DNA of 64,000 nucleotides. It comes from Gloeobacterales cyanobacterium (lineage in GTDB: Bacteria; Cyanobacteriota; Cyanobacteriia; Gloeobacterales; PMM-0068). Within the stretch, counting starts at the first letter, position 1; every line of letters begins with the position of its first letter. Under the pieces are notes generated by a model. The model made no database searches. It was not told the origin of the DNA and saw only the letters and a list, made by a program, of their open reading frames with translations. The stretch spans positions 71,823 through 135,822 of the forward strand of contig JBBRSB010000008.1 in the NCBI GenBank assembly GCA_038245785.1. Direction: 5' to 3'. A program made the translations under genes and the position numbers. Below, piece by piece: positions 9,939 to 18,044 of this stretch.

Positions 9939-10072
9939 ATGCTTTCTCCTATACGTTCAGTAGAGAGCCATCATCCAGTTGCCAGGTAATCGTTGAATTT
10001 ATAGCTGAGGTGGTCCTCTACTTTCGAGGTTAGAGAAGGAATATGAGGAACTCGTGAAGAGGGTTTGCGTCC

Positions 10073-10711
10073 GTGCGCAACTACTACAAAGATGGTGTGG
10101 ACACTGCAACGCCGGACGAGACAAATTTTACAATTCATGAGGCGACGACGACATTAGCCTGTTTAGCAAGGTCGTCTGACTGCGGTGACTTTTGTACCCG
10201 AATTTTAGCGAATCGGGTTTCTCTGTGGTCGATGGATGAGGTCTATCCGTCTGAGGGTTTGCTGCGTTCTCGATATTCGCGGGTGTTTTGAGCGGACAGA
10301 TCGGCGCGGACGGTCTGGCGGGCTGTGCAGACTCAGCGGTTAGTTATCAAAGCAATGCAAGATAGGGGTAGGTCTAGCAGTGGGGTTCGCAAGGCTTTCT
10401 TTGAAAATGCGCGATGGTTGGTACTTAATGTGATTTTTATCAAACTGCGTCCTGAGCAGGGTATTGATCTAAATCTGAGAACTGATGAGGCAAATGCGGT
10501 ATCGCAACGTACTATAGAATTCGTTGAGGAGCTTTGGACTATATGTGAGGCGAAGGGGTATGTGTCACGGCAAGCTTCTGCGGGTGGATTTGAGCAAACT
10601 CGACATTTTCGTTCTGTCTTCAATAGTGCCGCTGACTGTCAGCAGCTACATGGTACTTTGTTGGCAAAGTTAGCGCAGGTTCCACCGAAAACCCCAGATT
10701 CTGATTCATGA
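10073..10711 (+). pseudogene. C-terminal fragment of a probable AIPR-family (abortive infection) protein
   Basis: Two ORFs in the same frame joined across TGA 10289-10291; YYK...FTIHEATTTLAC and Y..VF..RSARTVWRAVQ resemble AIPR C-termini; N-terminus missing. Confidence 0.5.
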
Positions 10712-10739
10712 CCTCAAACAGTAAAATTAGATTTGCACT

Positions 10740-11156
10740 ATGCCAGCCAAAGACATCTTTCATGACTGTGTAAAAGTAGCCCTCGTTAGAGACGGGTGGC
10801 AGATCAGCCATGATCCATACAGCTTAAAGGTTGGCAAAAAGGATCTTTTTATCGATCTTGGAGCAGAGAAATTAATTGCCGCTGAAAAAGATTCTGTAAA
10901 GATTGCCGTTGAAATTAAGAGCTTTGTTAGTCCTTCGGAAATTCAAGATCTAGAAAATGCCTTGGGTCAATATATTCTTTATCAAAATGTTCTGCAAAGA
11001 ATAGAGCCTGATCGCATTCTGCATCTGGCAATTAGAGAAGCAGTTTTTCGTAAATTATTTGAGCAGGAAGTTGGGCAAATTCTCTTAGAGAACAAAGTTC
11101 TTAAACTTTTGACTTTTAACCCTGAAACTGAGGTGATCACCAAATGGATCAGCTAA
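10740..11156 (+). CDS. xisH: XisH family protein
   Basis: MPAKDIFHDCVKVALVRDGWQISHDP, IDLGAEK, IAVEIKSF, ALGQY. Confidence 0.95.
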   Translation: MPAKDIFHDCVKVALVRDGWQISHDPYSLKVGKKDLFIDLGAEKLIAAEKDSVKIAVEIKSFVSPSEIQDLENALGQYILYQNVLQRIEPDRILHLAIREAVFRKLFEQEVGQILLENKVLKLLTFNPETEVITKWIS

Positions 11157-11479
11157 ATAGATATCGTCAAATTATCCGTTCCGCACTGAAATCTTATGCG
11201 GATATCAGTTACGCCAACGTGAGTGTTAAAAACCGTTCTGCTTTTGATGTCGAGACTGATCAATACATTATTCTTTCGGAAGGATGGGATAACGATCAGC
11301 ATCTTCATGGTGTTTTAATTCATGTTGAGATTATTGATGGTAAGGTCTGGATTCAGTTAGATGGCACAGAGGATGGCATTGCCGAAGAGTTGATCCAAGC
11401 GGGCATCCCGAAGGAAGACATCGTACTAGGATTCCATGAGCCAGAAGTTCGTAAATATACTGGATTCGCAGTTGCTTAA
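11144..11479 (+). CDS. xisI: XisI family protein
   Basis: GKVWIQLDGTEDGIAEELIQAGIPKEDIVLGF; overlaps the end of xisH. Confidence 0.95.
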   Translation: MDQLNRYRQIIRSALKSYADISYANVSVKNRSAFDVETDQYIILSEGWDNDQHLHGVLIHVEIIDGKVWIQLDGTEDGIAEELIQAGIPKEDIVLGFHEPEVRKYTGFAVA

Positions 11480-11636
11480 TCTTGAGAACGCGCTCAGCCC
11501 TCAAATCTCAGATTGGTGTGGATTGAGCGACTTGCCCTGAGCCTTGTGGTCCCCAAGCATCCTGCCCTCAGCTCTGTCGTGTCTGGCACAAGGTACTGCG
11601 CTCCGTTAGTAGTAAAAAGTGCACAACGGTAAAAAT

Positions 11637-11721
11637 CGGAAGGGGGGGGATTCGAACCCCCGATGAGTTTCCCCATAACAGTTTTCGAGACTGCCGCATT
11701 CAACCGCTCTGCCACCCTTCC
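11637..11721 (-). tRNA. tRNA-Ser(CGA)
   Basis: GGAAGGGTGGCAGAGCGGTTGAATGCG GCAGT-CTCGAAA-ACTGT, long variable arm, GGTTCGAATCC; CCA not encoded. Confidence 0.95.
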
Positions 11722-11800
11722 ACGGTCTATCCACCTATAATACGGCGGTGCTTACCAAGGGGAAAGCACTATCTTGCAAGATTGCCTCCCAGTCCTAGGT

Positions 11801-12646
11801 CTAAGCACTGAGGTGCTGTCGCAGCGCCTTTTCCATCACTACAAGCAAAGCAGCATCTTCCTGCCCAGGATGAAGCCAAAGTTGCAGAGCCTTCCAGCCT
11901 TGATATACCAGCATTTCCAGACCACCCTGTGTCGCTAGTCCTCGTTCTTGGGACCAAGTGAGGAGTTGGGTCACTTCTGGTTTGTAGACCAAGTCATAGA
12001 CTAAGGCATCCTTCGGCAATAACGCCAGTTCTTCCTGATTGAGCGGTGAAGCCTCTGGATGGGGGTCCATCCCCAGCGGTGTCGTGTTTACGACCAGGTG
12101 CGTATCAGAAAGAACCGAAGCGACAGACTGTTCTGGTCCCAAAAGTTGAATATGCGGAAACTGTACGTGTATCGCCTGTAGATTGGCTAGAGTCCTTCCC
12201 TGAACATATATTCGCTTCATGCCCAAAGCTTGGCAGCCTGCAATCACGGCCCTAGCCGCTCCTCCACAGCCGAGAATGAGGACCTGAGCTTCTGACCAAT
12301 CTGGTTGATATCTTTGCAAGGGAGCGATAAAGCCTGCCCTATCGGTATTGTCTCCGAGCCATCCATGCTCAGTACGCAAAACCGTATTCACGGCACCAAT
12401 CTGTCGGGCGAGGGGCGTACAGTCCTGCATCAGGGGCATCACTGCCTGTTTATGAGGAATCGTGATATTGAATCCTCCACAGCCCAACACCCAAAGTCCT
12501 GATGCCGCCTCTTTTATATTTTCTGGAGCCACGGGAAAGGCCAAATAATGAGCATCCAAGCCCAGATATTCCAACGCGGCCCGATGCATCACCGGCGAAA
12601 GAGAATGAGCGATAGGATAGCCCAGTAGACCAAAGAAACGCGTCAT
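11801..12646 (-). CDS. aroE: Shikimate dehydrogenase
   Basis: HSLSPVMH, NITIPHK, GAVNT, GDNTD, GCGGAAR, YDLVY, GLEMLVYQG. Confidence 0.95.
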   Translation of the reverse strand: MTRFFGLLGYPIAHSLSPVMHRAALEYLGLDAHYLAFPVAPENIKEAASGLWVLGCGGFNITIPHKQAVMPLMQDCTPLARQIGAVNTVLRTEHGWLGDNTDRAGFIAPLQRYQPDWSEAQVLILGCGGAARAVIAGCQALGMKRIYVQGRTLANLQAIHVQFPHIQLLGPEQSVASVLSDTHLVVNTTPLGMDPHPEASPLNQEELALLPKDALVYDLVYKPEVTQLLTWSQERGLATQGGLEMLVYQGWKALQLWLHPGQEDAALLVVMEKALRQHLSA

Positions 12647-12789
12647 CTTGTCACACCGTCCCATACCCACGTAGAGGCGCAAAGTTTTGCGCCTCCGTTA
12701 AAGGATATCCATAATTGGCATCGGATTTGACATGGTGATCCTATAGGCGTTGTAAATTTTAAAGTATCCATATCCCGTTGGAAGTGCCG

Positions 12790-13362
12790 ATGGAACTGAC
12801 ACATACCCTCAAAGAATGGGCCATCGCAGTCCAGGCGTTAGAAAAAGGTGAAACCATCTTGCTTCTACGTAAAGGAGGTATCCGTGAAAAAGGAGGAGCG
12901 TTCACCATTCCCCATCGCGAGATTTTGCTCTATCCAACTTATGAGCATCAAAAACCCCATCTTCTTAAACCAGCTTATGCAAACCAAGTAAAACCTGTCG
13001 CTTCTGGTTGGCATCCAGCCAGTGTCCCGCTGGGTTCTTGGGCCAAGATTACTGATATTTTCCAGGTGAGCGAAGAAGAAACAGTATCAGCCCTCCTGCC
13101 GTTTCATATTTGGAATGAGCAGTTTGTGCAGGAACGTTTTGGGTGGAAACCCCGTCAACCCCTAACCGTTATTTTGTTACGGGTTTATAAATTCTCTCAG
13201 GCAAAAACGATACCGTTCCTTCCAGAATACGGAGGATGTCGCTCGTGGATTGATGTCGTCGAACCAATCGCTCTTGAAGAGTCTAAACCCGTTTTAGGAG
13301 ATTCAGAGTACATTCGAAAAACTGCTGAGGTTCGTGGACTGATAGCCGAACTTCAAATCTGA
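12790..13362 (+). CDS. DUF1802 family protein
   Basis: LKEW, LLRKGGIRE, LYPTYEHQ, YGGCRSW. Confidence 0.9.
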   Translation: MELTHTLKEWAIAVQALEKGETILLLRKGGIREKGGAFTIPHREILLYPTYEHQKPHLLKPAYANQVKPVASGWHPASVPLGSWAKITDIFQVSEEETVSALLPFHIWNEQFVQERFGWKPRQPLTVILLRVYKFSQAKTIPFLPEYGGCRSWIDVVEPIALEESKPVLGDSEYIRKTAEVRGLIAELQI

Positions 13363-13367
13363 GCTGC

Positions 13368-14135
13368 TCAAACATCAAATTGGGCAATCACAGGCGTGTG
13401 GTCTGAAGGCTTTTCCCAACCTCTTGGTACTTTATCAATCCAACAGGTTGTGCACAGCTTGGCTAAAGGTTCGGATACCCAGATATGGTCAATCCGCAGA
13501 CCCCGATTGCGGCGGAAGGATACGGCCCGATAATCCCACCAGCTAAATGCTATTTCTTGATTGTGGAGGCGGAAAGCATCGACAAAGCCCCAGTCTTTCA
13601 CTTTTTGCAAAGCCTGATGCTCCTCAGGATGAAAACCAACCTGATTGGTCATCTCCTGGACGGAGAATACATCCCGCTCTTCTGGAGCAATATTAAAATC
13701 CCCGCATAGCAAAACTAACTGTTTGGGGTCGTATTGCTCCTTCAGAAAAGTCTGCAATCTGGCCAGCCAATCTAATTTATAAGCAAATTTTTCGGAACTG
13801 ACTTCAGAACCATTGGGAATATAAGCATTGACAATTTTTATGTTATTCACAGTGGCCATAATCAGACGCTTCTGAGCATCTTCCCCATCTTCAGGCAGCC
13901 CCTTGCTAACCTCTGTGATTTCTGTTTTGGAAAGAATAGCCACGCCATTAAACGTTTTTTGACCAACGTAGGCTAAGTGATAGCCCAAAGCTGCTAAAGG
14001 CTCAACGGGAAATTTATCATTGATAGTCTTTGTCTCCTGCAAACAGACAACATCTGGATGATGTTCTTTTAGCCAATCCAAAAGGACGGGCAGGCGAGCA
14101 TTGATTGAATTTACGTTCCAGGTGGCAATATCCAT
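13368..14135 (-). CDS. xth: Exodeoxyribonuclease III
   Basis: ATWNVNS, CLQETK, CGDFN, SWWDYR, GLRIDH, SDHTP. Confidence 0.95.
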   Translation of the reverse strand: MDIATWNVNSINARLPVLLDWLKEHHPDVVCLQETKTINDKFPVEPLAALGYHLAYVGQKTFNGVAILSKTEITEVSKGLPEDGEDAQKRLIMATVNNIKIVNAYIPNGSEVSSEKFAYKLDWLARLQTFLKEQYDPKQLVLLCGDFNIAPEERDVFSVQEMTNQVGFHPEEHQALQKVKDWGFVDAFRLHNQEIAFSWWDYRAVSFRRNRGLRIDHIWVSEPLAKLCTTCWIDKVPRGWEKPSDHTPVIAQFDV

Positions 14136-14183
14136 TGAGGCATTTTCCCACAGCGTAAACAAGTCTGGTTATAATTCGCTCTG

Positions 14184-14753
14184 ATGAGTCTTGTCACCGA
14201 CCACGGACTGCTTACAGAAGCCTTTGACCTCTATACCGAGGTCAATCAGACTTGGTTCAAAGGGCATCTCCCCCCTATCCATATCGATTCCAGAAAAAAA
14301 AGAAGCTCGATCCCAGAGGCGCAGGAACGTTTCTTACTCTGTCTGAGCACCAAACAGATGCTGCGCACAGCGGGGCTTTTCCGCTATCAGGTGCGCCGTC
14401 AGGGTCCCAGAATCACCTATTATCCGCTTGCGATTATTTTGAGCAGTCCATTATTCAGCAATCCGGTCTATCGCCAGCAAGAACTGGCCAGCACCCTGAA
14501 GCATGAGATGTTGCACTGTGCCCAAGCGATTGGCTACCTGGAAGGCCAACCCGTAAAACCTTGCCATAACGCAGAATTCAAATGGTGGGCAGAGCATATC
14601 GGCACCACGGTCCGCCATACGATGACCGCAGAACAACCCTGGATCTACCGCTGTGCTCAATGCACTCAAATTTTTCGCCGCAGTCGCCGGATTAGTGCTC
14701 GCTATGTTTGTGGTCGCTGCCGAGGTGCCCTGGAGTGCATTCATAGTCTCTAA
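14184..14753 (+). CDS. SprT-like zinc metalloprotease
   Basis: LKHEMLH, H..EFK, C-terminal CxxC...CxxC. Confidence 0.8.
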   Translation: MSLVTDHGLLTEAFDLYTEVNQTWFKGHLPPIHIDSRKKRSSIPEAQERFLLCLSTKQMLRTAGLFRYQVRRQGPRITYYPLAIILSSPLFSNPVYRQQELASTLKHEMLHCAQAIGYLEGQPVKPCHNAEFKWWAEHIGTTVRHTMTAEQPWIYRCAQCTQIFRRSRRISARYVCGRCRGALECIHSL

Positions 14754-15595
14754 AGAGCAGGGATTGCAGAAAGGATGGGTATCGGTGTGATTTTGCCTAG
14801 TGTCTGGCTGATTGCTTCATGCAGTAAGCCATTGGTTGCCAAAACTCGGCCAGAAGCTATATCGAGTGAGCTTAGGTCATAGCTGCTCAACTGTCCTCCT
14901 GCTTCCAGAACGAGCACAATACCTGCCACCATATCCCAAGGAGAAAGCCCACGCTCCCAATAGCCATCAAACCTGCCTGCAGCCACATAAGCCAGGTCTA
15001 GGGCGGCTGACCCTAGCCGTCTCACCCCTTGGGTTACCTGAGTAAAGTGACAAAATTCAGCGTAGTTATTGTCTTTTACTTTTGCACGGTCATAGGCAAA
15101 GCCTGTTGCCAGGAGGCTATCAGCCACCTGTTTTGTGCTGGAAACCCGAAGGGGCTGTGTCTGTCCATCCTGGGTCAGAAAAGCGCCAAGTCCTAATCCT
15201 GCGGTAAATAATTCATCCGTAATCGGGTTGTAGACCACCCCAACGATAGGTTGTCCATCGAGTAATAGACCGATAGAAACCGAAAAGACAGGAAAGTGAT
15301 GGGCATAGTTAGTTGTTCCATCCAGGGGGTCTACCGCCCAGACATAGGAGCTGCTCAGGTCTCCCGAGGCTCCAGATTCTTCCGCTAAAATTCGATGCTC
15401 TGGAAAGGCCGCTTTCAAAATATCTAAAACTTCTTTTTCAGAAGCCGTATCTGCTTCTGTGACCAAGTTTCCTGGCGTTTTCTCCTGAATATTCTCCAGC
15501 TTGCCCCAGAAGTCTTTAAGTTTTTCACCTCCAGCATGAGCCGCCTGAGTGGCAACTGTTAGATACTGCTGAATGTCTTGCGCTGATGGATGCAT
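14750..15595 (-). CDS. suhB: Inositol monophosphatase family protein
   Basis: LAEES, WAVDPLDGTTNY, RRLGSAALDL, WDMVAG. Confidence 0.9.
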   Translation of the reverse strand: MHPSAQDIQQYLTVATQAAHAGGEKLKDFWGKLENIQEKTPGNLVTEADTASEKEVLDILKAAFPEHRILAEESGASGDLSSSYVWAVDPLDGTTNYAHHFPVFSVSIGLLLDGQPIVGVVYNPITDELFTAGLGLGAFLTQDGQTQPLRVSSTKQVADSLLATGFAYDRAKVKDNNYAEFCHFTQVTQGVRRLGSAALDLAYVAAGRFDGYWERGLSPWDMVAGIVLVLEAGGQLSSYDLSSLDIASGRVLATNGLLHEAISQTLGKITPIPILSAIPAL

Positions 15596-15652
15596 CCTAG
15601 ATTTAGCCTCATGATTTTTTTAGTGCTTATTTGTCTTAGCTAAACCTAGGGT

Positions 15653-16633
15653 TTAGATTGCATTTTCCACCTGAGTAAGGTCTACGCTTTCTAATCGTGG
15701 GCCTAGCTGCGCTACTACTCTAGAAGCCAGATAAGAGGCAATCCGTCCTGTCCTTTCTAGAGGGAGATGATGGGTTAGGCCATAGAGTAGACCCGCAGCG
15801 TACATATCGCCAGCACCCGTACTGTCGATGGCCTCCACCGCATAGGCTGGGATTTCATAAACCTCGTCGCCGTGTTGAATCAAGGAGCCTTGACCGCTCA
15901 TAGTGACTACCGCCGTTTCACAGTAACCCTTGAGGACTTCCAGTACTTCTTTCGGATCTTTCGTGTAGGTAAACAGTTCCATCTCCTCTTGGTTCCCAAA
16001 CAGGAGGTCTACATGGGCTTGCACAATTCTGCGGAAATCATCTCTGTGGCGCTGAACACAGAAAGGGTCAGAGAGGCTCATAGCCGTCTTGACTCCGTAG
16101 CTACGGGCTGTCTCCAGGGCCAACAAAACGGTCTCTTTTTGAGATTCGGTATCCCATAGGTACCCTGTGACATAGAGATAGCGACTGGATTTGAGGTCCT
16201 CTAAATTCAAATCTTTCGGACTTAGCTGACGACACATTCCCAGATAGGTATTCATCGTCCTTTGCGCATCTGGCGTAATCAAAATCACGCTCAAACCCGT
16301 TTTGCCATCGCCAAGGCTAATCTTGGAATGCACTCCCTGCCTTTCCATATCAGCAACGTATTGGTGCCCGTAGTCATCATTGCCAGCTTTGCCCGTAAAA
16401 CAAACCTTCCCTCCCAGTTGCGCAAGGCCAATAGCAGTATTAGCAGCAGAGCCGCCAGACGTAGTATTAACCAAATATTCTCTGATTTGGGGAACTAAAC
16501 TGTCGTAACCTTCTTCATCGATAAGAGCGACGCTCCCTTTGGCTAACCCCAATTGGTTCACCAATCCGTCTTGGACCTTCGCTTGAAGGTCAAATAATGG
16601 GTTTCCAATGGCAAAAACATCCCAGCGTGTCAT
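15653..16633 (-). CDS. PfkB family carbohydrate/adenosine kinase
   Basis: GGSAANT, DAQRTMNTYLG, DSTGAGD. Confidence 0.9.
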   Translation of the reverse strand: MTRWDVFAIGNPLFDLQAKVQDGLVNQLGLAKGSVALIDEEGYDSLVPQIREYLVNTTSGGSAANTAIGLAQLGGKVCFTGKAGNDDYGHQYVADMERQGVHSKISLGDGKTGLSVILITPDAQRTMNTYLGMCRQLSPKDLNLEDLKSSRYLYVTGYLWDTESQKETVLLALETARSYGVKTAMSLSDPFCVQRHRDDFRRIVQAHVDLLFGNQEEMELFTYTKDPKEVLEVLKGYCETAVVTMSGQGSLIQHGDEVYEIPAYAVEAIDSTGAGDMYAAGLLYGLTHHLPLERTGRIASYLASRVVAQLGPRLESVDLTQVENAI

Positions 16634-16807
16634 GGTACTCCCATAGGTTGCGTCTTTACTTTAACGTCCTCTTTGAGACATGGGAAATTTCGATTCTTTA
16701 CACTTATGTCCTATGATCCAAAAGGGGGACGTGAAGTTTCCATAAGAAGAGTAAACTGACTTTTGCGATATACACAAGTCAACACGAGTTTAAGGAGTGA
16801 TAATCTC

Positions 16808-17104
16808 ATGCGTTATTTGAAACAAGTAGGAACATTGGTAAGCCTTGGTACTCTGATGCTGGGCTTGGCCGCCTGCAGTGGTGAAAAGAAAACTGAAGAG
16901 ACCACGACAAATACAACCACTACAGCTCCTGCTGATGGTGCTGCAGCTCCAGGTTCTTCTACCTCCACAACCACTACAGCTCCTGCTGAAGGTAGTAGTA
17001 CTATGGCTCCAGGTTCTAGCTCTACAACTACTACCACTCCTGCTGAAGGTACTCCTACCAAAGAAACTACCTCTACAACCACTAAAGCAACTGAGAAGAA
17101 GTAA
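16808..17104 (+). CDS. Thr/Ser-rich low-complexity lipoprotein
   Basis: AAGGAG RBS; lipobox LAAC; TTTTAPAEG-type repeats. Confidence 0.8.
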   Translation: MRYLKQVGTLVSLGTLMLGLAACSGEKKTEETTTNTTTTAPADGAAAPGSSTSTTTTAPAEGSSTMAPGSSSTTTTTPAEGTPTKETTSTTTKATEKK

Positions 17105-17124
17105 TTTTCTTTTCGCTAATTCTG

Positions 17125-17164
17125 AAATGGAGACAGAAGCTAAACGCCCTGCCTCCATTTTTTT
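17125..17164 (+). terminator. Intrinsic terminator
   Basis: AAATGGAG.CAG...CTGCCTCCATTT stem plus T-run. Confidence 0.55.
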
Positions 17165-17525
17165 AAACTAAACGATACGTCATTTTCATAATTATTTAAA
17201 CCAACTAGATATTTTAGATCAAGAAAACCTGTACTAAATAAACTAAAAATTTGTCCGATGCCTTTTTTACCAATATTAATAATTATTCCCTGTCTGCCCA
17301 TAGACTAGCTACTAATTGCATCGTGCATAGTAACAACATCCAAGTGTGCCGTAGTACTCTGATAGGTTGCGTCTCTTCTTCTAACTTTCTCTGTAAGACA
17401 TAGGAAATTTCGATTCTTTACACATATGTCCTATGATTCAATGGGAACTTTAAGTTTCCATAAGAAGAGTAAACTGACTTTTGCGTTATACACAAGTCAA
17501 CACGAGTTTAAGGAGTGATAATCTC

Positions 17526-17972
17526 ATGCGTTATTTGAAACAAGCAGGAACATTGGTAAGCCTTGGTGCGCTTATGTTGGGCTTGGCTGCCTGCGGGGGT
17601 GAAAAGAAAACTGAAGAGACCACGACAACCACAACGGTAGTTCCTGGGGCTGCGGCGCCTAGCACTTCAACAACAACGGTGGTTCCTGGTGCCGCAGCAC
17701 CTAGCACTGCTGCTACGGATTCTGCGGCGAAGGCGGGAGCAGGTGCCCAACAAGCCAGTGATGCGGCCAAAGAAGCTAGCAGCGCGGCCAAGGAAGCTAG
17801 CAGCGCGGCAAAGAATGCCAGTACGGCCAAGACTGAAGCAGCTGGAGATTCTGCGATGAAGGCGGGTGATGCCGCCAAGGACGCTGGTGCTGCTGCTGGC
17901 GGTGCGGCTGGAGATTCTGCGATGAAGGCGGGCGATGCTGCTAAAGAAGCAGGCGAAGCTGCTAAGAAGTAA
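17526..17972 (+). CDS. Ala-rich repetitive lipoprotein (paralog of 16808-17104)
   Basis: Same signal peptide and lipobox; TTTVVPGAAAPST x2, AAKEASS x2, AAGDSAMKAGDAAK x2. Confidence 0.8.
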   Translation: MRYLKQAGTLVSLGALMLGLAACGGEKKTEETTTTTTVVPGAAAPSTSTTTVVPGAAAPSTAATDSAAKAGAGAQQASDAAKEASSAAKEASSAAKNASTAKTEAAGDSAMKAGDAAKDAGAAAGGAAGDSAMKAGDAAKEAGEAAKK

Positions 17973-17994
17973 CAGTTAAAATCTCAAAGATGCT

Positions 17995-18022
17995 AAAAAA
18001 GGGGCCTGTTGGGCCCTTTTTT
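17995..18022. terminator. Bidirectional intrinsic terminator
   Basis: AAAAAAGGGGCC-TGTT-GGGCCCTTTTTT between convergent genes. Confidence 0.8.
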
Positions 18023-18044
18023 GATGGTCTGATTGTCTGGGGCT

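Larger units (their letters stand above)
16616..17628 (+). repeat. Diverged tandem duplication (about 290 bp; copies about 16616-16910 and 17335-17628)
   Basis: Shared GGAAATTTCGATTCTTTTACAC...AAGTTTCCATAAGAAGAGTAAACTGACTTTTGCG...TTTAAGGAGTGATAATCTCATGCGTTATTTGAAACAAG; offset about 718 bp. Confidence 0.9.

Noticed and set aside
10740..11479. fdxN excision element / heterocyst rearrangement
   Set aside because: No XisF recombinase or interrupted fdxN; xisHI pairs are widespread.
11494..11715. 73-aa ORF MAERLNAAVSKT...
   Set aside because: It is the tRNA-Ser sequence read as protein.
16790..17878. Antisense and alternate-frame ORFs over the lipoproteins
   Set aside because: Shadows of low-complexity codon repeats; the plus frame has the RBS and lipobox.
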